Source: Candidatus Versatilivorator sp. (GTDB taxonomy: Bacteria > Acidobacteriota > Terriglobia > Versatilivoradales > Versatilivoraceae). From it: DNA of 64,000 bases. The notes beneath the pieces are model-generated. The model saw nothing but the letters and a program-made list of their open reading frames with translations. It was not told the origin of the DNA and made no database searches. The stretch covers positions 2,336,001-2,400,000 of the forward strand of contig OZ242296.1 in NCBI GenBank assembly GCA_965207735.1, in the 5' to 3' direction. This document shows, in pieces, positions 1-7,815 of the stretch. Numbering within the stretch: the stretch's first letter is position 1; each line of letters begins with the position of its first letter. The position numbers and the translations under genes were made by a program.

Positions 1-798
1 TACTACACCTACCTGGCCACTCTCAGGAACTGCTTGCAGGCCGCCGACCGCTTTCAGATTCCGCTGATGGTGCTGGACCGCCCCAACCCGCTCGGCGGCT
101 TGAGGATCGAGGGAAGGGTGTTGGACCCTCGCCTGCAATCTCTGGTGGGGCCGGCGGCCTTACCGGCTCGATACGGTCTGACCCCGGGAGAGCTGGCCGG
201 TTGGATGAAGTCCCGGCTGCATCTGGAATGCTCCCTGACCGTGGTCAGAATGGACCACTGGGAGCGCCGGCACTGGTTCGCAGACACCGGAATGGTCTGG
301 ATTCCCCCGTCGCCCAATGTTCCCAGCCCCATGACGACCCTGGTCTACGCCGGCATGTGCCTTGTGGAGGGGACCAACCTGTCGGAGGGGCGCGGCACCA
401 CCACACCCTTCGAAATCGCCGGGGCTCCCTGGGTGGACGGTCCGCGGGCGGTGGAGGCCATGGACCGGCTCAAGCTGCCCGGGGTCGCCTTCAGGCACAC
501 CCGGTTCCGGCCCAGCGCGTCCAAATTCTCCGGGCAGGTCTGCGAGGGCGTCCAACTGCACGTCCTCCACCCCGGACGATTCCAGCCACTGCGAACGGCC
601 CTCTCTCTCATTGCTCACTTTCGCAAGACCCATTCCGGACACTTCCATTGGGCGGAGCGCCATTTCGATCGCCTGGCGGGATCGGAGGAGGTCCGCCACG
701 GCATCGATCGGGACCGGCCGGTGGGAGAAATGGTGGAAGGCTGGCAGGCTGAGCTGGACGCCTTCGAGAAGGAGAGACGGGATTTCTTTCTTTATTGA
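1..798 (+). CDS. DUF1343/NamZ-family exo-beta-N-acetylmuramidase (5' truncated by window edge)
   Basis: Motifs VLDRPNPLGG, RYGLTPGELA, WIPPSPNVP, EGTNLSEGRGTT.PFE..GAPW, FDRLAGS; the frame is open to the window start. Confidence 0.88.
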   Translation, partial: YYTYLATLRNCLQAADRFQIPLMVLDRPNPLGGLRIEGRVLDPRLQSLVGPAALPARYGLTPGELAGWMKSRLHLECSLTVVRMDHWERRHWFADTGMVWIPPSPNVPSPMTTLVYAGMCLVEGTNLSEGRGTTTPFEIAGAPWVDGPRAVEAMDRLKLPGVAFRHTRFRPSASKFSGQVCEGVQLHVLHPGRFQPLRTALSLIAHFRKTHSGHFHWAERHFDRLAGSEEVRHGIDRDRPVGEMVEGWQAELDAFEKERRDFFLY

Positions 799-851
799 CG
801 GAGGGCGCAGAGTTGACCGGCAGCAAACAGCGGGACAGGCAAGGAGAACAA

Positions 852-1448
852 ATGAAACCAGCAACGGCTGCATCGGCACCCCGGTCTCCCGGAGCGCCAT
901 CGGGCCTGACGCCCCTGATTGCCGAAAGGACCATTCAGGAGAAGGTGGCGGAACTGGGTCGCCGGATCTCGGAGGACTACCGGGGCATGCACCTCCACCT
1001 GGTGAGCCTCCTGAGGGGAGCCTGGGTATTTACGGCCGACCTGGCCAGACAGCTTCAATTGGAGACCTCGGTCGATTTCATGGCGGTTGTCAGCTACGCC
1101 GAGTCCACCCGGTCGAGCGGCAGCATCGAGATCGTCCAGGACCTCCAGGACAACATTCGCGGACTGCACGTCCTGGTGGTGGAAGACATCTGCGACAGCG
1201 GCTTGACGCTGAACCGCGTCTGCCGTGAGCTTCGGAGCCGTGGGCCCGAATCGCTCAAAGCGGTTTCCCTGCTCGACAAGCCCGGCCGGCGGGTGGAATC
1301 GGTCGGCCTGGACTACGTCGGTTTCGAGATTCCCGACAAGTTTGTGGTGGGTTATGGTTTAGACTATCGGCAGAAATTCCGGAACCTCCCCTGGATATCG
1401 GCGATCACGCTCCATGAAGCAGACCTTTCTGACCGAAAAGGATCTTAA
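852..1448 (+). CDS. hpt: Hypoxanthine phosphoribosyltransferase
   Basis: PRPP-binding motif VLVVEDICDSGLTL, SLLDKP, FVVGYGLDY..KFRNLP; ATG at 852 follows AAGGAG. Confidence 0.93.
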   Translation: MKPATAASAPRSPGAPSGLTPLIAERTIQEKVAELGRRISEDYRGMHLHLVSLLRGAWVFTADLARQLQLETSVDFMAVVSYAESTRSSGSIEIVQDLQDNIRGLHVLVVEDICDSGLTLNRVCRELRSRGPESLKAVSLLDKPGRRVESVGLDYVGFEIPDKFVVGYGLDYRQKFRNLPWISAITLHEADLSDRKGS

Positions 1449-2076
1449 GTATACTCCCCCGGGATCTCCCTGTTACGTGGTCAAGGGAACCCGCCTCACG
1501 CCGCTCGCCCTGGAGATTGCCGCTCAGCGCGGCAATGCCATCGTCGAGTGCGACACTTCCGAAGAAATCCAGCGCCTCAAGGCTTTCGACAAGCGGCTGG
1601 CGCTAGGGGCCGCACCATCTCAGCGGGAACTGGCCCGGAAGATCCGGAGCCTGCTCCAGGATAACGGATACCTGGTCTGCGAATGCGGAGCGGAAAATTC
1701 TCCGGACGATCCCGGCAGCGTCCTGGGGGTGGCCCAACTGGTTCAGAGCGGCCAGGTCTGCAGCGGCATCTGGCTGGATGGGGATGGAATCGGCTCCACT
1801 ATCCTGGCCAACAAGTGCCCCGGCATTCGGGCTGTCCACTGCTGCGATCGCCAGACCGCCAGGATCAGCCGGGAACGGCATGGCGCCAACCTGCTGGTGC
1901 TGGCCGATCCGGGTCTGGACGTCGACCTGGCCGCAGGGGTGGTGACCACCTGGCTGGGCGCCGCCTTTGTCAGGACCCGGCACAGCCGGGAGATGGCTCT
2001 GCTGGAAGAAGTGGAAAAGAAGTATCTCCGGGAGACGATCATGGCCGTTCCCGGCGACTGCAGTTGCGCCCTGTGA
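1414..2076 (+). CDS. RpiB/LacA/LacB-family sugar-phosphate isomerase-like protein with N-terminal extension; active site degenerate
   Basis: DGDGIGSTILANKCPGIRAV, ARISRERHGANLL, F..TRH; lacks the canonical DHxG and CGTG motifs. Confidence 0.75.
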   Translation: MKQTFLTEKDLKYTPPGSPCYVVKGTRLTPLALEIAAQRGNAIVECDTSEEIQRLKAFDKRLALGAAPSQRELARKIRSLLQDNGYLVCECGAENSPDDPGSVLGVAQLVQSGQVCSGIWLDGDGIGSTILANKCPGIRAVHCCDRQTARISRERHGANLLVLADPGLDVDLAAGVVTTWLGAAFVRTRHSREMALLEEVEKKYLRETIMAVPGDCSCAL

Positions 2077-2107
2077 GGGCAGCCTATAGTCGGGGGGGCA
2101 ACACTAT

Positions 2108-2133
2108 AAAAAAACCCCGGGCGCCAGCCCGGG
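2108..2133 (-). terminator. Rho-independent terminator downstream of tatA
   Basis: Minus strand reads CCCGGGC-TGGC-GCCCGGG, then G and a run of 7 T. Confidence 0.6.
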
Positions 2134-2142
2134 ATTCAATCA

Positions 2143-2250
2143 AGCCGCCAAGGCGGCGTCAGCAGGTAGCCGTGGGCGTAAGCCCATGGGGGTGGGCGTA
2201 AGCCCATGGGGGTGGGCGTAGCCCATGGGGGTGAGCGTAGCCCATGGGGG
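2143..2250. repeat. REP-like hairpin cluster (family A) with four tandem ~20-bp copies of GTGGGCGT(A)AGCCCATGG
   Basis: Same core AGCAGGTAGCCGTGGGCGTxAGCCCATGG as the 18.2-19.0 kb array; lies between convergent genes. Confidence 0.85.
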
Positions 2251-2260
2251 GAAGACGCCG

Positions 2261-2461
2261 TCAGGAGGCTTCTTTCTCGGTAGGCTTCTGCAGGTCTTTG
2301 TCTTCGTCCTTCTTCATGGCGCCGCGGAAGTTCTTGATCCCCTCGCCGATTCCTTTTCCGATCTCGGGAAGGCGCTTGGCGCCAAAGAGGAGGAAGACGA
2401 TCACCAGAATGATGGCCCACTCCGCAAGACCCATGGTAGGAATGCCAATTCCCAACGCCAT
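2261..2461 (-). CDS. tatA: Twin-arginine translocase subunit TatA/E
   Basis: TM helix followed by [23 protein letters not shown]; RBS GGGAGG. Confidence 0.93.
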   Translation of the reverse strand: MALGIGIPTMGLAEWAIILVIVFLLFGAKRLPEIGKGIGEGIKNFRGAMKKDEDKDLQKPTEKEAS

Positions 2462-2618
2462 AATGACCTCCCCATCTTTTCAGAACCGGCCCGGCCGGCG
2501 CCGTCCCGGCACCTTCATTGAAGGATCTTAGTGGATTTGCGGACGGATGGCAAACGGATAGTCGGCCCGGGACAGGACCGGTTGGACTCCGCCCTTCCCG
2601 ATCGTCCCGGCCAATGAC

Positions 2619-3050
2619 CTAGTCGGAAGGATCCTGACAATAGCGATCGAAGGCCGCCGTCAGGGTATCGGCGATCTCGGAGGCGTCGCGGTATTCAATC
2701 TGATGGCGGTGCATCATGAATACCGGCCGGCCCTCCCGAAACAGGGCAACCGAGGGAGAGGAGGGCGGATACTCCTGCAGGTATTCCCTCACACGCGCCG
2801 TCGCTTCCAGATCGCCTCCCGCAAATACGGTGGCCACCTTGGCCGGCACCACCGCATGCTTCAGCGCCAAGGCGATTCCGGGACGCGCCCGGCCGGCGGC
2901 GCAGCCGCACATCGAGTTGATCACCATCATGACCGTACCATCTTCTTTTCGGAGGAGCTCGTCCACCTCTTCGCAAGACCGAGTCTCCCGTACCCCCAAC
3001 CGGGTAAGTTCTTCCCGCATGGGTCCGATGAATTCTTCCGGATATCTCAC
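2619..3050 (-). CDS. BrxA/BrxB-family bacilliredoxin (YphP/YqiW)
   Basis: YPEEFIGPMREELT, NSMCGCAAGRARP (CGC motif), TVFAG.D.EAT, PPSSPSVALF; GTG start at 3050. Confidence 0.92.
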   Translation of the reverse strand: MRYPEEFIGPMREELTRLGVRETRSCEEVDELLRKEDGTVMMVINSMCGCAAGRARPGIALALKHAVVPAKVATVFAGGDLEATARVREYLQEYPPSSPSVALFREGRPVFMMHRHQIEYRDASEIADTLTAAFDRYCQDPSD

Positions 3051-3199
3051 TTTCCTGATCTCCCTTCGAGTTGACTTCCAGCCCGCTCTGCAAATCCTTG
3101 GAGGCTGAGGCAATAAAACCACACAAGCGCCGGGATTTTAGCAAGCCCGGCATGGAAAGTAAAACGAACAGGACCCGGGAAAGGATCCACTGTGTTTTC

Positions 3200-3370
3200 A
3201 AAACAGTTATCCACGAAGTTACACGAAGAACCACGAACCCGGATTTCTCACCAAACCGATGCGGTGGGGGGACCCCCAAGCTGGCGCCCGGGGATCGACA
3301 ATTTTTCCAAATTAACATGGATGCACAGGATAACCAGGACGGGACGCTGCTGTACGAGACGCTGACTCGG
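3200..3370 (+). repeat. Relic of a repeat-armed element: 10-mer CACGAAG repeats plus ACATGGATGCACAGGATAACCAGGAC and a possible GxxExxY-gene N-terminal remnant
   Basis: AAACAGTTATCCACGAAG matches the reverse complement of the inner arm at 34480-34497; translation MDAQDNQDGTLLYETLT. Confidence 0.5.
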
Positions 3371-3509
3371 CCGATGTTCCGGCGCAGGCTCTGTTCTTGC
3401 AAGCCTGTCTTGCGTGCTACACTAACTGAGTGATCCGTCACCAAATGAACCCCTCGCCTGGTCTGATCTCCCTCTCGGCAGGCTCGTCAAAGTGGAAGGA
3501 GCGTCAGCA

Positions 3510-3743
3510 ATGAAAATAAGCGCGGAGTTGATTGCCATCGGCATTCTTGGCGTAGCATTGGTCAGCCTCGGATGGAAGGCCTCATTCGATATTCGACAGG
3601 AGTTCAAACTGGAAATTCAGCATGTCCGAGAGGACGTGGCCAATGTCCGAGGGGACGTCGCCGACCTCCGAGAACGCATGGCCCGGCTGGAAGGACTGTT
3701 TGAAGGATTCACCAGGGGCGAATTGGCAGAGCAAAAAAAGTAA
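3510..3743 (+). CDS. Small single-TM coiled-coil protein of unknown function
   Basis: GGAAGGAG RBS; hydrophobic N-terminus, heptad repeats VREDVANVRGDVADLRERMARLEGLFEG. Confidence 0.75.
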   Translation: MKISAELIAIGILGVALVSLGWKASFDIRQEFKLEIQHVREDVANVRGDVADLRERMARLEGLFEGFTRGELAEQKK

Positions 3744-3831
3744 TGGCCTGCCTTGAACGCACACTGTCCCGGCCGGTTCGCCTCTTCGATCACGCCCTGG
3801 CTGATAGACCGGACAAGAATCCCGCCGCCTC

Positions 3832-4179
3832 ATGAAACCCAACCCCTTGCCCGCGGTGATCGCCGAACCGGAAACCGATCAGAGGGCCGACTCGGAGAGG
3901 GCCGGGCTCTACCGTGTGATTCTTCTGGACGACAACGATCACAGCTACAACTACGTCATCGAAATGCTGCAGAGGATCTTCTATTTCTCGGTGCGGCAAG
4001 CCCTACAGCACGCACGGGAAGTGGACCTGACCGGTCGAACCGTGTTGATCACCTGCGGGCGCCGGGAGGCGGAGTTCTCCCGGGACCAGATTCAGGCCTA
4101 TGGCCCCGACCCGCGCATTCCGCGCTGCCGCGGGTCCATGTCGGCCCTGATTGAACCCGCAGCGGGACCGGCGCTCTGA
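3832..4179 (+). CDS. clpS: ATP-dependent Clp protease adaptor ClpS
   Basis: YRVILLDDNDHSYNYVIEML..IF, AREVDLTGR, GSMSALIEP. Confidence 0.85.
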   Translation: MKPNPLPAVIAEPETDQRADSERAGLYRVILLDDNDHSYNYVIEMLQRIFYFSVRQALQHAREVDLTGRTVLITCGRREAEFSRDQIQAYGPDPRIPRCRGSMSALIEPAAGPAL

Positions 4180-4180
4180 A

Positions 4181-4218
4181 AAACAAAAGGCCAGCGGACT
4201 TGAGGCCCGCCGGCCTTT
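4181..4218 (-). terminator. Rho-independent, probably bidirectional, terminator between clpS and the TonB/TPR operon
   Basis: Minus strand reads AAAGGCCGGCGG-loop-CCGCTGGCCTTTTGTTT. Confidence 0.65.
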
Positions 4219-4296
4219 ACGGAACAGCTTCGAATTTTAGCGGTTTGAGGGTTGCGCCTCCGGGATGGGTGGGGATTGGGGCCGCGCCGGACCGGC

Positions 4297-5154
4297 CTAT
4301 TCCTCCGAGACGATGCCGATGGCCGCGGCTGCCGATTCCTCCTCGACCTTGCGCTTGATCTCCATTGCCAGGTCGTAATGCTGGTCGGCCATCTTGTGAT
4401 AGGACATGTACTCCTCGTAGCGGTCGGGCCCGTGCCTCTTCACCAGGGGATCCAAGGCGGCGACGTCTTGCCCGGCCAGGATGAAAGCGTTCTCCGAGGA
4501 AGGTTTCTGCTCGATGATCTCGTCAATGACGACCCTGGCCTTTTCCCGATTGAGCAAGTTGATGTAGAAGTGGGCGTTAAAGTAGTCGGGATCGTTGACC
4601 AGGCACTTTTCCAAATATTCCAGGCCCTCTTCCGACAGTTCCCACCGCTCCTGAGCAGGGCGCGGATTCAATTTGTCGTAGGCCATGGTCCAATTGACGT
4701 TCCCCACGCTGTAAAAGGGGTCGCCCTGGTCCGGCTCCAGGTCGCAGTTTTTCAGGTAGTACTCCTTGGCCTTATCGAACTCACCCATGTTGAAGTAAAT
4801 GCCGGCAATTCCCTTGACTGAGTTGAGATTCTCCGGGTCCTGCTCCAGCACGCGCTCATAGGCGCTGATCGCTTCTTCTCCGACCTTGATGTTCTGCTCC
4901 GACTGGCCGTTGGGGATGTAAAGCGAGGCGTAGGAGGTGGCCAGGTAGATCTGAGCGTTCAGGAACTCCGGATCCAGCTCGATCGCCTGCTTGAAGCGCT
5001 CCACCGCCCTTTCGTACTCGCCTTCCCGGAAAGCCCGGACCCCCTTGTTGAGGCGGTCCCGGGCCTTCAGCTTGTCTATGACGCCGCACCCAATCATCCC
5101 AAAGGCCAAGGGCAGGAAAACAAGCCCGGCCATCGCTCTGCTTCGACACTTCAT
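4297..5154 (-). CDS. TPR-repeat lipoprotein, last gene of the TonB/ExbBD operon
   Basis: Lipobox-like MIGC after a hydrophobic stretch; TPR patterns AVERFKQAIELDP, AISAYERVLEQDP. Confidence 0.8.
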   Translation of the reverse strand: MKCRSRAMAGLVFLPLAFGMIGCGVIDKLKARDRLNKGVRAFREGEYERAVERFKQAIELDPEFLNAQIYLATSYASLYIPNGQSEQNIKVGEEAISAYERVLEQDPENLNSVKGIAGIYFNMGEFDKAKEYYLKNCDLEPDQGDPFYSVGNVNWTMAYDKLNPRPAQERWELSEEGLEYLEKCLVNDPDYFNAHFYINLLNREKARVVIDEIIEQKPSSENAFILAGQDVAALDPLVKRHGPDRYEEYMSYHKMADQHYDLAMEIKRKVEEESAAAAIGIVSEE

Positions 5155-5216
5155 CGGCTTCCTCCACAGACGAGAAAATTCCTGTTTTTCGGTTTAGGGA
5201 ATGACAGCCGGGGCCA

Positions 5217-5645
5217 TTACTGACCGGACTGGATCTTCGCGGTCATCAATCCGATCTTGTCCACTCCCGCATTGTGGGCGATGTCGATGACTTCAACCAC
5301 CGAGTTGAAGAACAGCGACTGGTGGCCCTGGACGAACATCGTCCTCTGATTTCGGGTCTTGAAGATATCGGTGAGCCGCTCTTCCAGATTCCGAAGATCT
5401 ACATCCTCCTGGTTGATCTTCAAACGCCGCTGGTCGTCAATGGACACCACGATGGTCCGGTTGGACGTATCCTGGGGAGGAGGGTCTCCCGGAGGAGGCG
5501 GTTGGGGGATCTGAGCATCCAGCCCCCTGGGAATCAAGGGCGTGATCACCATAAAGATAATCAGCAGCACCAACAACACGTCGATCAGAGGCGTCACGTT
5601 GATGTCGGCCTTGGGGCCCGCATCGGCCCCAACTGACATTGACAT
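5217..5645 (-). CDS. exbD: Biopolymer transporter ExbD/TolR
   Basis: DINVTPLIDVLLVLLIIFMVITP with the conserved TM Asp. Confidence 0.92.
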   Translation of the reverse strand: MSMSVGADAGPKADINVTPLIDVLLVLLIIFMVITPLIPRGLDAQIPQPPPPGDPPPQDTSNRTIVVSIDDQRRLKINQEDVDLRNLEERLTDIFKTRNQRTMFVQGHQSLFFNSVVEVIDIAHNAGVDKIGLMTAKIQSGQ

Positions 5646-5658
5646 TTTCAATCCTCCC

Positions 5659-6108
5659 TTAGATACCAGGTGCGTTCTTCTTGTCGACCTTGTCCGTCAG
5701 CAATCCGAGGGTATCGACTCCGGCGGACCGGACGGTATCCACCACGTCGACCACCCCTCCATACTTGGCCCGCCGGTCGCTCTTCACGTAGACGGTCTTG
5801 TCCACCTTGGCAGCCAGCAGATCCTGAATGCGTTCGGACAACTGCTGCACGACCAACTGGTCCGACCCCAGGTAAATCTTACCGTCGCGGGTCACCGCCA
5901 CCACCACGGCGTCGTCCTGGTCGGCTTCCCGCATCTCCCGGGGATTGGTGGCCTTGGCCATGTCCACGCTCACTCCCTTCTGCAGCATGGGGGTGATCAC
6001 CATGAAAATGATGAGCAGGACCAGCATGATGTCCACCATGGGCGTGACATTGATGTCCGCCACCACGGCGTTTTTATCCTGAGAGCCACTGTCGACTGAC
6101 ATTGCCAT
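5659..6108 (-). CDS. exbD: Biopolymer transporter ExbD/TolR (second paralog)
   Basis: DINVTPMVDIMLVLLIIFMVITP; VKSDRRAKYG.VVDVVD. Confidence 0.92.
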   Translation of the reverse strand: MAMSVDSGSQDKNAVVADINVTPMVDIMLVLLIIFMVITPMLQKGVSVDMAKATNPREMREADQDDAVVVAVTRDGKIYLGSDQLVVQQLSERIQDLLAAKVDKTVYVKSDRRAKYGGVVDVVDTVRSAGVDTLGLLTDKVDKKNAPGI

Positions 6109-6821
6109 TAGGAACCTCCCCGCTTCAGAAAGTAGTCAATCAGCTCTGATGAGGAATTGTCCATCTCGACGCCAAAGGCTTCCATCTTGCCATTGAAGTA
6201 GTTGAACATCCAAATGGCGGGAATCGCCACGAAGAGACCCAGCGCGGTGGCGATGAGCGCTTCGGAAATGCCGCCGGCCACGGCGGAAAGACCCGTGGTC
6301 TTGGCCGTGGACATCCCCTGGAAGGCGTTGATAATGCCCACCACCGTCCCGAACAACCCCACGAAGGGAGCCGTGCTTCCGATGGTGGCCAGCCCGGGGA
6401 CACCCCGCTTCAACTCAGCGTTGGTGATGGCGGTGGATCGATCCAGGGCGCGCTTGGAAGCTTCAACAGTCGCTGCCGACGTTGTGCTCCCCGACGACTG
6501 ATACTCCTGCAGTCCGGCGATCACCACTTTTGCCAGATGGCTCTTCTGGTTCTGCTCGGCCACGTCGATGGCTTCGCCGATCTTGCCTTCCTGCAGGCAG
6601 CCGGCGACCAGCGGGGCAAACTCGCGGGACTGTTTGCGGGCCGCGTTGAAGGCCAAGTACCGGTCGATCATGACCCCGATCGACCAGGCCGACATGATGG
6701 CCAGAACGATCAGGGTCGCCTTGGCCGTCGGCCCGGAAGCATTCCACATATCCATGAAGGAAAAGCCCACTTCGCCTTGAAGCAGGGATACCGCCAACAA
6801 GTTCAAAGGAACGGACATCAT
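6108..6821 (-). CDS. exbB: MotA/TolQ/ExbB proton channel protein
   Basis: LATIGSTAPFVGLFGTVVGI, GISEALIATALGLFVAIPA. Confidence 0.93.
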   Translation of the reverse strand: MMSVPLNLLAVSLLQGEVGFSFMDMWNASGPTAKATLIVLAIMSAWSIGVMIDRYLAFNAARKQSREFAPLVAGCLQEGKIGEAIDVAEQNQKSHLAKVVIAGLQEYQSSGSTTSAATVEASKRALDRSTAITNAELKRGVPGLATIGSTAPFVGLFGTVVGIINAFQGMSTAKTTGLSAVAGGISEALIATALGLFVAIPAIWMFNYFNGKMEAFGVEMDNSSSELIDYFLKRGGS

Positions 6822-6876
6822 GGGATTACTACCTCCTCGGTTCTCTCACAATTTGGATCTTGCCGATAGGCAAACG

Positions 6877-7638
6877 TCACCCTCTCAAGTTGAAGTTCAC
6901 CGTAATGCGGGTGATGACTTCAACCGGCACTCCATTCAACACGGTCGGCTTGTAGCGCCACTGCTTGACGGCCTCCAGCGCCGACTGAATCAACAGTGGG
7001 TGTCCCTTGACCACCCGCAGATTTTCCACGGAACCCCGCTTGCTGATGACCGCCTCCAGAACGACCGTGCCCTGGATGCGAGCCTGCTTGGCCAGCGCCG
7101 GGTAGCGCGGGCGCACCTGGCGGATCAGGTTGGCGCGTTGCACGTTGCCGCCCACCCGTATGCGTTGGGGAGGCTTGGGCGGAGGCGGTGGGGGGGGCGG
7201 GGGCGGGGGCGCCAGAGAGGTCGGAGCGCCGCCGATCACACCGCCGACCACGCCTCCAAGGACACCGCCCGGGACTCCTCCCGGAACTCCGCCGACCACG
7301 CCGGCGACCATGGCTTCGGGAGCAGGGCCCTCATCCACCACCATGAGGATGTCCTGAGGTATTTCCACCGGGGCCGTGAAATCGGTGACCGGAGTGGTTC
7401 TGACTCGCTTGACCACTTCCGTCGCCGCCGGGGGCGGCGGGGGGGGCGGGGGGGGCGGCGGGGGCGCCACCAGCATAGTGAGCTGTGAACCGACTCCCCC
7501 CAGGGTTTCCGGAAAAAGCATCGGCAGGATGATCGCGAACACGATCAGCACCACGTGAAAAACCACCGAAACGGTGAGGACAACAGACTTTTTCTTGGTC
7601 GTGCCGGATTCCTGCGCATCGGCCAACTGGTCAAACAT
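6877..7638 (-). CDS. tonB: Energy transducer TonB
   Basis: N-terminal TM containing S...H; poly-Pro and GGV(P/L/V) linkers; C-terminal PRYPALAKQARIQGTVVLEAVI...WRYKP. Confidence 0.92.
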   Translation of the reverse strand: MFDQLADAQESGTTKKKSVVLTVSVVFHVVLIVFAIILPMLFPETLGGVGSQLTMLVAPPPPPPPPPPPPAATEVVKRVRTTPVTDFTAPVEIPQDILMVVDEGPAPEAMVAGVVGGVPGGVPGGVLGGVVGGVIGGAPTSLAPPPPPPPPPPPKPPQRIRVGGNVQRANLIRQVRPRYPALAKQARIQGTVVLEAVISKRGSVENLRVVKGHPLLIQSALEAVKQWRYKPTVLNGVPVEVITRITVNFNLRG

Positions 7639-7815
7639 GGTTAAACCTCCCTTCCCAAGCCGAACCGGCTGAGCCGGAAAACCTTCTCCGACTTGAGATT
7701 GGCTTCAAACGACGAAGAAAGAGGACGATACCTCCGTGCAACGATACCGCAGTTGGGTGGAGTGAAGTCAAGACTCTAACACAAAAAAAAAGACCGGTCC
7801 ATTGTGCAACGGCGG

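Noticed and set aside
7185-7465. G-rich tracts as G-quadruplex or phase-variation sites
   Set aside because: They encode the poly-proline linkers of TonB in frame.
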